From positions 1 to 44,394 of the forward strand of contig JAWANM010000004.1 of the NCBI GenBank assembly GCA_038895375.1: a stretch of DNA of 44,394 nucleotides, read 5' to 3'. The translations under genes and the position numbers were made by a program. Position 1 is the stretch's first letter, and each line of letters starts with the position of its first letter. The DNA comes from Candidatus Pacearchaeota archaeon (GTDB lineage: Archaea > Nanobdellota > Nanobdellia > Pacearchaeales > UBA284). The notes below the pieces were generated by a model. The model worked only from the letters and a program-made list of their open reading frames with translations. It was not told where the DNA came from and searched no databases. Positions 8,201-17,495 of this stretch are shown here, piece after piece.

Positions 8201-10852
8201 ATGGTGCTCGATAAAAAAAGAGGGCTAAGTGAAAAAGAGGCAAAAGAAAGACTACAAAAATATGGTTTCAATGAGTTAAAAGAAAAAAGGTCGGATTCTC
8301 CAACAAGAATTTTTTTAAGACAATTTAGGGGAAATTGGATAGTTTACCTGCTTTTTATAGTTATGATAATCTCTTTTTTACTAAAAAAAACAATTACCGG
8401 GTTTACTATTTTTGCGGTCATTTCTATTGTAATTTTCGTTGGGTTTATTCAAGAGTATAGAGCAGAAAAGGTCATAAAAAAATTGAAAGAGATGATAGTC
8501 CCGACTTCTATAGTTATAAGAGAGGGTAAAGAAAAAGAAATCTCTTCTAGAGAACTTGTTCCCGGAGATATTGTTTTATTAAGAAGCGGAGAAAAAATCC
8601 CAGCGGATTGCTTGATATTAGAAGAAAAGGATCTTTTAGTGAACGAGGCTGTTTTAACTGGCGAATCCAAAGAAATCAGGAAAAAAGCAGCAAAAGATAT
8701 GAAAAATTATAATGATGAAAACATGTTGTTCATGGGCACTTTTGTTATTTCTGGAAAATGCATTGCAATGGTTTTGCATACTGGAATGAATACTCGTTTT
8801 GGAAAAATTGCTGGAATGATCTCGGAAGCTGAAAAAGAAACTCCTTTAATAAAAAAATCAAATAAAATTGCTAAGTACATGGTTATTACGGCCATTGTAT
8901 CTTCTTTGTTGGTTGGTTTGATAATTTTAATAAGGGAGCCTAGTCCATTTTCCAAGGAAACTTTAGTGAATATTCTAATTTTAGTAATTGCTTTGAGTGT
9001 TGCTGCATTCCCAGAAGGATTTCCAATTGCTTTAATAACAGCTCTTTCGGTTGGAGCTCATAGAATGGCAAAGAAAAATGCAATAGTAAACAAAATTTCT
9101 ATTATAGAAACTCTTGGAGAAATTACAGTAATATGTGTTGATAAAACAGGAACAATTACAAAAGGAGAAATGACGGTAAAAAAAATTTTTGCGGATAATC
9201 GTTTTTTCAACGTTTCGGGTAGCGGTTATGAAGCAAAAGGAGAAATCCTTTTTAGAGGAAAAAAAGTCGATTTAGAAAAAGAACCGACTTTAAAGTTGTT
9301 AATCTTAACTTCTGTATTGTGCAACGACGCAAAAATAGAAAGAACCGGTGAAGATTTTACATATAAGGTATCCGGAACACCTACGGAAGCTGCACTTTTA
9401 ATTTTGGGTGCGAAAGCAAAAGTGTTCAAAGAGGACTTGAGTTATACAAGAATAGAAGAAATTCCATTTACTTCAGAAAGAAAAATTATGTCTGTTCTTT
9501 GCAAAACAAAAAAAGAACAGTTCGTATTTTCCAAAGGAGCTGTCGAAGTTCTCTTGAATAAATGCAAGTTCGTTCATAAAAGGGAAGGCATTTTCACATT
9601 AACGGAAAGAGAAAAGAAAAGAATCTTAGAAATAAATAGGGAATTAACATCGAATATGTTCAGAACGATCGGATTTGCATATAAAAAATCGGAATCTAGC
9701 AAAAGAGAAAATTTTGAAAAAAATCTTGTTTTCCTTGGCTTGGTTGCATTAGAAGATCCTCCCAGAGAAGAAGTTAAAGAAGCAATAAAAATGTGTAAGG
9801 AGGCGAACATAAAAGTAAAGATGATAACCGGTGATGATAGAAATACAGCATTGGCTATAGCGAAAGAAATTGGTCTTCCAATCAAAAAATGTATAGAAGG
9901 GGAGGAATTGGAAAAACTTACTGAGGAAGAAATTTACGATATCATAGAGGATATAACAATTTTTGCTAGAGTTAAACCGGAACACAAGTTGAAAATTGTT
10001 AAAGCCCTAAAAAAAAGAGGTGAAGTAGTAATCATGACTGGAGACGGAGTAAATGATGCCCCTGCTCTAAAAGAAGCCCATATCGGGATTGCAGTTGGAA
10101 AAGGAGGAACGGATGTAGCCAGAGAAGCGTCAGATCTAGTTTTAAAAGACAATAATTTCTACACAATTGTAGAGGCGCTTAAAGAAGGCAGAACAATATT
10201 TAAAAATATAAGAAAATTCGTCAGCTATCAGCTTTCGGTAAACTTTGCTCAATTGAGTGTTTTATTTTTTGGTGTATTGCTTGCTCCACTCTTAGGATGG
10301 GTTGCGCCTATTTTATTAGCTCTACAAATTTTATTTATGAATTTAGTGACGGACGATCTTCCTGCGATAACGCTAGCATTAAATCCTTCTTCTCCAGACA
10401 TTATGAAGGAAAAGCCAAGAAAAGAAACCAGGATATTATACAAAGACTTAATAATATGGATGATGATTGCAGGACTCTTAATGTGTTTTTTCACTTTATT
10501 GAGTTATTATGTGTCTTTCAACATATTGAAAAAACCAACAGAATATGCCAGAACTACTGCTTTGCTAACTTTGATTACTTTAATAATTGTAAATGCTTTT
10601 AATTTTAGATCCTTCAGAAAGAAGATTTTAACAAGATCTCCTTTCATAAATAAGTGGTTGGCTTACACATCGTTAATTTCTATTTTAGCAACATACTTTG
10701 TGATTTATCACCTAAATAAGATTTTTGAAACCGTTCCAATTAAAATAGAAGGATGGGTAATTGCTTTTGCGTTTGGATTTTTACTTGCATTAATATTTGA
10801 CATTTTAAAAGACATTAATAATAAAAAGAGATTTTTAAATTTAGAGTATTAA
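8201..10852 (+). CDS. P-type cation-transporting ATPase (P2 type, Ca2+/cation pump-like)
   Basis: 883 aa. Actuator motif LTGESKE, phosphorylation motif CVDKTGTITKGEM, hinge TGDGVNDAPALKEA, and a 10-TM layout. Confidence 0.9.
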   Translation: MVLDKKRGLSEKEAKERLQKYGFNELKEKRSDSPTRIFLRQFRGNWIVYLLFIVMIISFLLKKTITGFTIFAVISIVIFVGFIQEYRAEKVIKKLKEMIVPTSIVIREGKEKEISSRELVPGDIVLLRSGEKIPADCLILEEKDLLVNEAVLTGESKEIRKKAAKDMKNYNDENMLFMGTFVISGKCIAMVLHTGMNTRFGKIAGMISEAEKETPLIKKSNKIAKYMVITAIVSSLLVGLIILIREPSPFSKETLVNILILVIALSVAAFPEGFPIALITALSVGAHRMAKKNAIVNKISIIETLGEITVICVDKTGTITKGEMTVKKIFADNRFFNVSGSGYEAKGEILFRGKKVDLEKEPTLKLLILTSVLCNDAKIERTGEDFTYKVSGTPTEAALLILGAKAKVFKEDLSYTRIEEIPFTSERKIMSVLCKTKKEQFVFSKGAVEVLLNKCKFVHKREGIFTLTEREKKRILEINRELTSNMFRTIGFAYKKSESSKRENFEKNLVFLGLVALEDPPREEVKEAIKMCKEANIKVKMITGDDRNTALAIAKEIGLPIKKCIEGEELEKLTEEEIYDIIEDITIFARVKPEHKLKIVKALKKRGEVVIMTGDGVNDAPALKEAHIGIAVGKGGTDVAREASDLVLKDNNFYTIVEALKEGRTIFKNIRKFVSYQLSVNFAQLSVLFFGVLLAPLLGWVAPILLALQILFMNLVTDDLPAITLALNPSSPDIMKEKPRKETRILYKDLIIWMMIAGLLMCFFTLLSYYVSFNILKKPTEYARTTALLTLITLIIVNAFNFRSFRKKILTRSPFINKWLAYTSLISILATYFVIYHLNKIFETVPIKIEGWVIAFAFGFLLALIFDILKDINNKKRFLNLEY

Positions 10853-10888
10853 GCAAAAACAGAATAAAGTTAAGAAAAAAATTAGAAA

Positions 10889-11824
10889 ATGATCTTGGTT
10901 CTTGACGATTCATTAAAAAAATACAGCTTCCCCAAGCATCCTTTCAATAGCACTAGATATGAAGAATTTGTAAAAGAACTGAAAAAGGAGCTGAAAGATA
11001 AAAAACTAAATAAAAGAATAAAAATAATCAAAGCACGAAAAGCCAAGCAAAAAGAGTTGTTGCTTTTTCATACAAAGAGTTATGTAGATTTTATAAAAAA
11101 GAAGAACAAAGAGTCGCGAGGTTTTCTCGATTATGGCGACACTCCCGCATTCGAAGGATGCTATGAAGCCGGGTGTTATGTTGTTGGGGCTGTATTGAAT
11201 GCTATAGATAAAATGATAGAAAATAAAGAAAACGCTTTTGTTCCGATAGCCGGCTTGCATCATGCTTACCACAACAGAGCTGCTGGCTTTTGCATTTTCA
11301 ATGATGTTTGTATAGCTATAAATTATTTAAGAAAAAAATACAACAAAAAGAAGATACTTTATTTTGATATTGATGCGCATCACGGCGACGGCGTTTTCTA
11401 TAGCTTTCTTGAAGATCCGGAAGTTTATATTGTAGATTTTCACCAAATGCCTTTGTACCCTGGAACGGGCTATGAAAATGAAACAGGTGTAGGTAAAGCA
11501 AAAGGAACCAAGTTGAATATAGTAATGAAACCTTTTTCTACAGATTCCGACTTCAAAAATGGTTTGAAAAGAGCTGAAAATTTTTTAAGCAAACTAAAAG
11601 CAGATTTCATTATATTTCAAGCTGGTGCGGATTGTCTCATTAATGAACCTTTAGCCAATTTGGCTTTTGAAAAAGCGCATGAAATTGCTGCAAAATTTTT
11701 GAAAAAACATGCTAAAAAATGGAAAACCAACATTCTTGCTTTGGGCGGCGGCGGTTACAATACAAAGAACTGTGCAAAAGCATGGATTTGTGTAGTAAAA
11801 AATTTAATTACAAAAATACAATAA
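10889..11824 (+). CDS. Histone deacetylase-family amidohydrolase (AcuC/HDAC class I/II-like)
   Basis: 311 aa. Contains GLHHAYHNRAAGFCIFND and FDIDAHHGDG, the Zn-binding and catalytic signatures of the HDAC superfamily. Confidence 0.85.
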   Translation: MILVLDDSLKKYSFPKHPFNSTRYEEFVKELKKELKDKKLNKRIKIIKARKAKQKELLLFHTKSYVDFIKKKNKESRGFLDYGDTPAFEGCYEAGCYVVGAVLNAIDKMIENKENAFVPIAGLHHAYHNRAAGFCIFNDVCIAINYLRKKYNKKKILYFDIDAHHGDGVFYSFLEDPEVYIVDFHQMPLYPGTGYENETGVGKAKGTKLNIVMKPFSTDSDFKNGLKRAENFLSKLKADFIIFQAGADCLINEPLANLAFEKAHEIAAKFLKKHAKKWKTNILALGGGGYNTKNCAKAWICVVKNLITKIQ

Positions 11825-11855
11825 TTTTTATAAATGAAAAGAAAAAATAAAAATA

Positions 11856-13232
11856 ATGCAAGAAATTATAAAAGAGCTTAAAAGAAAAAGAGTCGCTTTT
11901 ATAAGATTCTTTTTTCCAGACATTTTGGGCGATGCTTGTGATTTTTCTATTCCGATTGAAGAATTTCCAAAAGCAATAGAAGGCAAGGGATTTGATGGCA
12001 GCTCTGTCCATGGAATGGCAAGAATCGACGAAAGCGATTTGATTGCTAAGCCTGACTTGAAAACATTGAGAATTTTTCCATGGCTTTATGAAGCCAAACT
12101 AATAAATAAAAAGTGGAGAGAGGCTGTTGTTTTCTGTGACATTTTGAGACCAGACGGTAGGCACTATGAAGGCGACACAAGATTTGTTTTGAAGAGAGTT
12201 TTGAAAGAAATGCGAGGCAGCAAGATTGCCGATAACTTTTATGTTGGTCCTGAATTGGAATTCTTCTTGTTCAAAGCTGATGAAAATGGAAATCCTTTAG
12301 TGAAAGAAGGAAAACCTATTCTAATGGATCACGGAGGTTATTTCAAAGGAGGCAGATTTGGGGAAATAAGAAAAGAGGTTCAGCTGATTCTAAAAAAGAT
12401 GCAAATAATTCCCGAATATGATCATCACGAATGCGCTTTTTCACAGCATGAAATAGATTTTCGATTCATGAATGCTTTAAAAATGGCAGACACTCTTTTA
12501 TTGCTTAAATATGTGATAAAGAAAGTAGCAAGAAAATATGGTCTTTTTGCTTCTTTTATGCCAAAACCAATACAAGATATCAACGGAAGCGGCATGCACA
12601 TAAACATGTCTCTATTTAAAGAAGGAAAAAATTTATTTTATGATGAAAAAAATAAGCTTTCGGAAATTGCTCTTCATTTTCTAGGCGGTCTAATTCGTCG
12701 TATAAGCGAGATAACTTCTGTGTTAAATCAATATGTTAATTCTTACAAAAGGCTTGTACCTGGTTATGAGGCTCCTTGCTATATTACATGGGCTTTTAAA
12801 AATAGAAGCGACTTAATAAGAATACCGGCAGCAAAAAAAGAAACAACAAGAATCGAATTGCGAAGTCCAGATCCTGCTTGCAACCCTTATCTTGCCTTTG
12901 CCTTGATACTGAAAGCAGGCTTAGAAGGAATAAAGAAAAAAATTGAGCCTATAAAACCGACAGAGGAAAATGTTTATGAACTAAGCGATGAAGAAAGAAA
13001 AAAGAGAGGAATAAAAAATTTACCTTCCTCGCTTTCTGAAGCTTTGCGATTGACTGAAAAAAGCTCTTTCGTCAAAGAAGTTCTTCAAGAGCATTTGTTT
13101 TTAAAGTTTATAGAAAACAAAAAAAAGCATATCGAAGAATATGAAAAAAGTTTCTCTAGCAAGAAGGAGATGGAAAAATATAGAGTAAAGATAAGCCCTT
13201 ACGAATTGCAAAAACTTCTACCGATTTTATAA
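11856..13232 (+). CDS. glnA: Glutamine synthetase, type I
   Basis: 458 aa. N-terminal beta-grasp region (FFPDILG...GFDGSS), catalytic-region motifs (GPELEFFLF, NGSGMHINMSL, IRIP...RIELRSPDPACNPYLA). Confidence 0.9.
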   Translation: MQEIIKELKRKRVAFIRFFFPDILGDACDFSIPIEEFPKAIEGKGFDGSSVHGMARIDESDLIAKPDLKTLRIFPWLYEAKLINKKWREAVVFCDILRPDGRHYEGDTRFVLKRVLKEMRGSKIADNFYVGPELEFFLFKADENGNPLVKEGKPILMDHGGYFKGGRFGEIRKEVQLILKKMQIIPEYDHHECAFSQHEIDFRFMNALKMADTLLLLKYVIKKVARKYGLFASFMPKPIQDINGSGMHINMSLFKEGKNLFYDEKNKLSEIALHFLGGLIRRISEITSVLNQYVNSYKRLVPGYEAPCYITWAFKNRSDLIRIPAAKKETTRIELRSPDPACNPYLAFALILKAGLEGIKKKIEPIKPTEENVYELSDEERKKRGIKNLPSSLSEALRLTEKSSFVKEVLQEHLFLKFIENKKKHIEEYEKSFSSKKEMEKYRVKISPYELQKLLPIL

Positions 13233-13236
13233 AGAG

Positions 13237-13344
13237 TGCTCCCGGCAAGATTCGAACTTGCGACCTTCAGCTGGCTCCTGAGCTTTAGCTCTTAGGAGGT
13301 TCAGCCATCGAGTCTGCTGCTCTATCCAGCTGAGCTACGGGAGC
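13237..13344 (-). tRNA. tRNA-like gene with a 34-nt intervening sequence; isotype not resolvable by hand
   Basis: Perfect acceptor (GCTCCCG/CGGGAGC, discriminator A), D arm (GCTC-AGCTGGATA-GAGC), variable loop AGGTC and T arm (GCAAG-TTCGAAT-CTTGC). 51 nt lie where 17 are expected. See finding. Confidence 0.6.
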
Positions 13345-13441
13345 TTGAAATTAATGGGCTTTTTCTTTTTAATATTTTACTCTCCTTAAGAACCAGAACT
13401 TACAATTTTTTATTTTTATATAATTTTGCACAATAGTTCAT

Positions 13442-13891
13442 TTATCTCAAAAATAAAAACTTCTTTCTTTTTTTCTTATGCCTTGTTTTCAGAAAAAGAA
13501 CTTTTATGTTGTATGCGAGAGCGGATTTTGCTTGCACAAGATCTGCTGTAATTAGAGTTGCGCGATTTTTTCTTGCCAGGTCGCGAATCAAAGCATCTAT
13601 CTCGCCAGACTTTGCATATTTGATTTGATGCTCGCTAGGCCTCGGGCCTATGAATCTTATTTTTACTCTCGGTTTAAGTTTATGTAATTTTGCTATTTCT
13701 TCCAAGCCATCGAAGCCTACATCCTGACCTTTATTGGCAAGATTTTCGAGTTCTGCAACAACAGCATTGGGAATTAAAATCTCTCCTTGCAATTTTTTCT
13801 TAAACAGTCTTACCAGTCTCTTTTGGGCAATAACAGAAGTGTCTGCCAAGTATCTTTGTAGCTTTACTTTTGCTCTTTTTGTTTTTTTCAT
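13442..13891 (-). CDS. PIN-domain protein (PilT-N-terminus type, resembling the PIN module of COG1855/YacL-like proteins)
   Basis: 149 aa. Contains YLADTSVI..., ILIPNAVVAELENLA and GEIDALIRDLARKNRATLITADLVQAKSA, which match the acidic-residue pattern of PIN nucleases. There are no cysteines, so it is not Nob1. Confidence 0.6.
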   Translation of the reverse strand: MKKTKRAKVKLQRYLADTSVIAQKRLVRLFKKKLQGEILIPNAVVAELENLANKGQDVGFDGLEEIAKLHKLKPRVKIRFIGPRPSEHQIKYAKSGEIDALIRDLARKNRATLITADLVQAKSALAYNIKVLFLKTRHKKKRKKFLFLR

Positions 13892-13943
13892 TTAGTTTAA
13901 AATCGAAAGCAATATTTAAAACTTATCGATATTTCGTTTTAAG

Positions 13944-14540
13944 ATGAATTTTGCAATTTTTCAAAAAGAAAAAATTAAGGCTCTTTCAAAAAAAGACAAA
14001 AGCAGTAAAAAAACATTGGACGAAAAAATAAAAAGTTTGTGCGACAAAATCAACTCGATGAAAGAATACTACACTACTTCTTCTTGCTCTGGAAGAATTA
14101 TCTTGATTAAAGATTCTTCAAAGAAGAAGAAAAATTTAATTTTGTTTAGAAGCCACAACAAAGTGCGATTTGCTGAAATTAAAAAAGTTTTAGAGAAAAT
14201 TAAAAAAAGAAATAAAAATGTTAATTTCAAACAAGAAAGCTGTATTCTGCATGTTGTGTGTTCGAACATCAAAAATGCTCAGATGCTTGTTGATAAAGCA
14301 AGATTTGCGGGATGGAAAAGAAGCGGAATAATCGCTTCAAGAAAACGTGTTGTTTGCGAACTAGTTTCAACAGAGCACATAGAAATGCCTATAATTCGCA
14401 AAGGAAGAATACTTGTAAACGATTCTTTTCTTAAAATACTTATCGAAGAGGCAAACAGAAAACTAGAAAGAAGTTGGAAAAAAATAAAGAAACTAGAAAA
14501 GTTATGCGGGAGACAGGATTCGAACCTGCGTAGGCACTAA
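13944..14540 (+). CDS. taw3: tRNA wybutosine-synthesizing protein 3 homologue (Taw3/TYW3 family methyltransferase)
   Basis: 198 aa with the family signature YYTTSSCSGRIIL. The last 36 nt of the ORF run antisense into tRNA-Leu (the tail ...CGRQDSNLRRH is tRNA sequence), so the C-terminal few residues are uncertain. Confidence 0.75.
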   Translation: MNFAIFQKEKIKALSKKDKSSKKTLDEKIKSLCDKINSMKEYYTTSSCSGRIILIKDSSKKKKNLILFRSHNKVRFAEIKKVLEKIKKRNKNVNFKQESCILHVVCSNIKNAQMLVDKARFAGWKRSGIIASRKRVVCELVSTEHIEMPIIRKGRILVNDSFLKILIEEANRKLERSWKKIKKLEKLCGRQDSNLRRH

Positions 14541-14588
14541 GCCACGTGGTCTTGAGCCACGCCCGTTTGACCGCTCCGGCACTCCCGC
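14505..14588 (-). tRNA. tRNA-Leu (anticodon CAA), class II
   Basis: Acceptor GCGGGAG/CTCCCGC with A73. D arm CCG-GAGCGGTCAAA-CGG, anticodon arm CGTGG-CTCAAGA-CCACG, long variable arm TGGCTTAGTGCCTAC, T arm GCAGG-TTCGAAT-CCTGT. A TATA-like ATTTATAA lies about 28 nt upstream. Confidence 0.9.
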
Positions 14589-14677
14589 GCTAATAACTAA
14601 AAGCATTGTGGCTTATAAATTTTTAGAAATAAAAAATGAAAAATCCCTAGTAAGTGTTGAAGTAAGCGTTGAGAAAA

Positions 14678-14767
14678 GAAGACAGTAAGAATCTAGGTGT
14701 TCTTCCGAAGAAGAACATCAGTCAGCACCGAAGTGCTAAACTGAAACCCTAGATTATTCCTGTCTTC
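14678..14767 (-). ncRNA. Unclassified 90-nt structured RNA (three-way junction, two cUUCGg tetraloops)
   Basis: The minus strand reads GAAGACAG-GAAT-AATCTAGG-GTT-[TCAGT-TT-AGCAC-TTCG-GTGCT-G-ACTGA]-TG-[TTCTTC-TTCG-GAAGAA]-CA-CCTAGATT-CTTA-CTGTCTTC. All stems are perfectly complementary. A TATA box lies upstream and TTTT follows immediately downstream. No ORF is present. Confidence 0.55.
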
Positions 14768-14788
14768 AAAAAAGAGAAGTTTACTATG

Positions 14789-14796
14789 TATATAAA
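14789..14796 (-). promoter_or_regulatory. Archaeal TATA box (TTTATATA) with a purine-rich BRE-like flank, positioned for the 90-nt RNA
   Basis: The minus strand reads CGAAAGA-TTTATATA. Twenty-one nt then separate it from the first base of the outer stem at 14767, which places the box centre near -26. Confidence 0.45.
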
Positions 14797-14814
14797 TCTT
14801 TCGTTAAAGCAAAC

Positions 14815-14930
<116 letters not shown>

Positions 14931-15009
14931 AATAAAATTATAGCTTAAAAGATTTTTAAGCTTTACTGTCAAGCTCAAGGAAAAAAAGTTAAATATTAGA
15001 AAATTAAAA

Positions 15010-15306
15010 TTGATAAAAATGCGTGCAAAAGTTTCGGAAGAAATTAAACAACAAGTTGAAATGCTTTTTAAGAAGGCACAACAAATTAGTCGCGTAAATG
15101 ATGAAGAAGCGCAAAAAATTGTAAAAAAGGCAAGAAAAATAGCAAAGCACGCAAACTATAGAATTCCAGAAGAATGGCGTAACAAGTTCTGCCATAAATG
15201 CAACTCTTGGCTAGAAACAAACAGAAAAGTTAGACTTAGCAAAGGAAAAATTTCTATAAAATGCCTGAAGTGTGGTCATGTTACTAGAAAAAAATTCAAA
15301 AATTAA
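15010..15306 (+). CDS. rnp4: RNase P protein component 4 (Rpp21/Rpr2 family)
   Basis: N-terminal helical region followed by the zinc ribbon FCHKCNSWL...IKCLKCGH. The track start is a TTG at 15010; an ATG at 15019 is the more likely start. Confidence 0.8.
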   Translation: MIKMRAKVSEEIKQQVEMLFKKAQQISRVNDEEAQKIVKKARKIAKHANYRIPEEWRNKFCHKCNSWLETNRKVRLSKGKISIKCLKCGHVTRKKFKN

Positions 15307-15500
15307 AATTTTTTGAACTTGCTTATAAGCTCGAGCAAATCGACGTGTCCTAAAAAGACTGCTCTACAACAATATCTTTCTAAGCCAAGGTCGTCAAGAA
15401 CTTTTTTAGGATCTTCTCCTTTTTCTACTCTGGCTTTGAATTTTTCCCATAAATGAGCTATCGGCTTACCGCAACTAAAGCACCTGATTGGAATTATCAT
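15303..15500 (-). CDS. rpoN: DNA-directed RNA polymerase subunit N (Rpo10/Rpb10)
   Basis: 65 aa. [21 protein letters not shown]...[10 protein letters not shown] is the canonical RpoN zinc-bundle sequence. Confidence 0.9.
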   Translation of the reverse strand: MIIPIRCFSCGKPIAHLWEKFKARVEKGEDPKKVLDDLGLERYCCRAVFLGHVDLLELISKFKKF

Positions 15501-15642
15501 TGAACTACAAAAAAAGAAGGGTTTTTATATTTAACTAATTCGAAATCTGGCTTTAAATAGCAATACTATTTTCGTAACTCTAAAAGGGAAACATTTTTAA
15601 ATTGAACGTTCTTGCTAAATCTTGCTAAAATAACTCACGAAA

Positions 15643-16311
15643 ATGTCAATAGTAAAACTTGATAAAGTGTGCAAAACTTACGAGCTTGGTAAAGTAAAAG
15701 TTCCTGCAGTCAGAGAAGTTTCTCTCGAAATAGAAGAAGGCGACTTCATCGCGATTATGGGCCCGAGCGGTTCTGGAAAAAGCACTTTGATGAATCTAAT
15801 AGGAGCGCTAGATGTTCCTACAGCTGGAAAAATTTTTTTCAAAGATAAGAATATAGCTTCGATAAGCGAATCGGCACTGGCCAAGCTAAGAGGAAAGAAA
15901 ATAGGATTCATTTTCCAACAATTTAACTTAATCCCTACTCTGACTGCAAAAGAAAACGTGATGCTTCCAATGATTTTTCAAGGAATTCCAGCAGAAGAAA
16001 GAGAAAAAAAAGCAGAGAACTTGCTTGAAAAAGTCGGACTAAGCAAACGAGCAAATCACAAGCCAAAAGAGCTTAGCGGAGGAGAGCAGCAAAGAGTTGC
16101 CATTGCTCGTGCGCTAGCCAACGATCCAGAAATAATACTTGCCGATGAACCGACAGGAAATCTGGACAGTAAAACAGGAAAAGAGATATTGGAAATATTG
16201 AAAAAGCTCAACAAAGAAGGAAAAACAATTATTATCGTCACTCACGATTCAAATATCGCGAAATCTGCTAAAAAAATAATCTATATTAAAGACGGCAAAG
16301 TTGTAAAATGA
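15643..16311 (+). CDS. ABC transporter ATP-binding protein (MacB/LolD-type)
   Basis: Walker [11 protein letters not shown]-loop, signature [15 protein letters not shown], Walker [13 protein letters not shown]-loop VTHD. Confidence 0.9.
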   Translation: MSIVKLDKVCKTYELGKVKVPAVREVSLEIEEGDFIAIMGPSGSGKSTLMNLIGALDVPTAGKIFFKDKNIASISESALAKLRGKKIGFIFQQFNLIPTLTAKENVMLPMIFQGIPAEEREKKAENLLEKVGLSKRANHKPKELSGGEQQRVAIARALANDPEIILADEPTGNLDSKTGKEILEILKKLNKEGKTIIIVTHDSNIAKSAKKIIYIKDGKVVK

Positions 16312-17492
16312 AAAAATTAATTGCTTTAATTGCTATTGTTTGCTTGATCTTTGTTTATCAATCTGTTTTGACTAGAGGCGAGAGTGTTGACATTTCATTG
16401 AATTACGAACCTTATCCAGCACGTGCTGGCGATGTCTTAAAATTAGAATTCGAAATAAAAAACAATGAAGCGCAAGATCTGAATTTGACTCTCGAGCTCG
16501 ACGCTGATGAGCCTTTTAACTTGATCTCTAACAAAGAAAAAACAATCTATCTCAAAGCTTTTGAAAGCAAAGTAGTTGGTTATAAAGTTTTGGTTGATCC
16601 TTCGGCAGAAGAGGGTAGGAAAAAAATTACTTTAAAATATAAAACGAATGAAACTTGGAATTATGAACATTTTTATATTCTTATCGCTCCTAAGAATGTT
16701 TATCTCGAAATCGTTTCTATAAGTCGCAATCCAGAAAAAGTTCGTCCAGGAAAAGAAGTTGAATTAAAAATTCGCATAAAAAACACCGCAAACTCTGAAA
16801 TTAAAAATGTTGTTTTTAATTTTGACATAAAAGATTTGCCTTTTGCTTCACAAAGCGTAACGGAGCAAAGAATCGCTTCATTGGATGCGAAAGAAGAAAA
16901 AGAAGTTTTATTGAAACTTTTTGTTTTGGCGGATGCGGAGATTAAAACTTATAAAATTCCATTGAAAATTACATACGAAGATTCTTATGGTCAAAGTTAT
17001 GTTAAGAATGATACAATCGCATTACAAGTTTATGAGGAACCGCGCTTAGAACTAAGCATAGACAGTAAACTTATAATTCAAAAACCTTCAAAAGTTCAAG
17101 TAAAAGTTTTGAACAAAGGCCTTGGAGATATTATGTTTGTCGAAATTAAATTGCTAAGCTCTAGCGATTATGACATAATACAAGGCTATGAGTACATTGG
17201 AAAAATATCTTCGGACGATTACGATACTATCGAATTTCAAATTATTCCCAAAAAAAATAGTTTAATCTTAAAACTATTGCTCAATTATCGAGATTCGAAC
17301 AATCAGGAATACACTAAAATTGAAGAACTTCCTTCTAAAGTTTACACGATTTCTGAAGCACAAAAAGCAGGCCTTTTACCAAAGTCTCGCTTAGCACTGA
17401 CATTGATTATAATCTTTTTAGTAGCAGCTATATTCATTTGGAGAGTGGTTTCTAAAAAAAGAAAGCAGAATATCGAAATTGAGAATGCTTAG
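16308..17492 (+). CDS. Secreted, C-terminally membrane-anchored beta-rich protein (COG1361/CARDB-like repeats), partner of the ABC pair
   Basis: 394 aa. N-terminal signal/TM segment, repeated modules of about 100 aa of the type ...PG(K/D)...L.(I/F).(I/V)KN.....(I/L).N(V/L)..., and a C-terminal TM helix plus basic tail. Its start overlaps the ABC ATPase stop by 4 nt. Confidence 0.55.
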   Translation: MKKLIALIAIVCLIFVYQSVLTRGESVDISLNYEPYPARAGDVLKLEFEIKNNEAQDLNLTLELDADEPFNLISNKEKTIYLKAFESKVVGYKVLVDPSAEEGRKKITLKYKTNETWNYEHFYILIAPKNVYLEIVSISRNPEKVRPGKEVELKIRIKNTANSEIKNVVFNFDIKDLPFASQSVTEQRIASLDAKEEKEVLLKLFVLADAEIKTYKIPLKITYEDSYGQSYVKNDTIALQVYEEPRLELSIDSKLIIQKPSKVQVKVLNKGLGDIMFVEIKLLSSSDYDIIQGYEYIGKISSDDYDTIEFQIIPKKNSLILKLLLNYRDSNNQEYTKIEELPSKVYTISEAQKAGLLPKSRLALTLIIIFLVAAIFIWRVVSKKRKQNIEIENA

Positions 17493-17495
17493 AGA

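Noticed and set aside
14505-14540. 36-nt antisense overlap between the taw3 ORF end and tRNA-Leu(CAA), as a regulatory arrangement
   Set aside because: The ORF probably just runs on until the first stop. The overlapping residues are a translation of tRNA sequence, and no independent evidence points to function.
14678-14767. The 90-nt RNA as a hammerhead ribozyme, minimal RNase P RNA, SRP RNA domain, or C/D or H/ACA guide
   Set aside because: The junction strands are only 2-3 nt, and the CUGAUGA/GAAA hammerhead core cannot be placed. The nearest reading is CUGAUGU ... AACA. It has no CR-I/CR-V-like RNase P sequences, no GNAR loop or SRP helix-8 motifs, no K-turn, no ACA tail and no paired C/D boxes. 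It is kept as unclassified.
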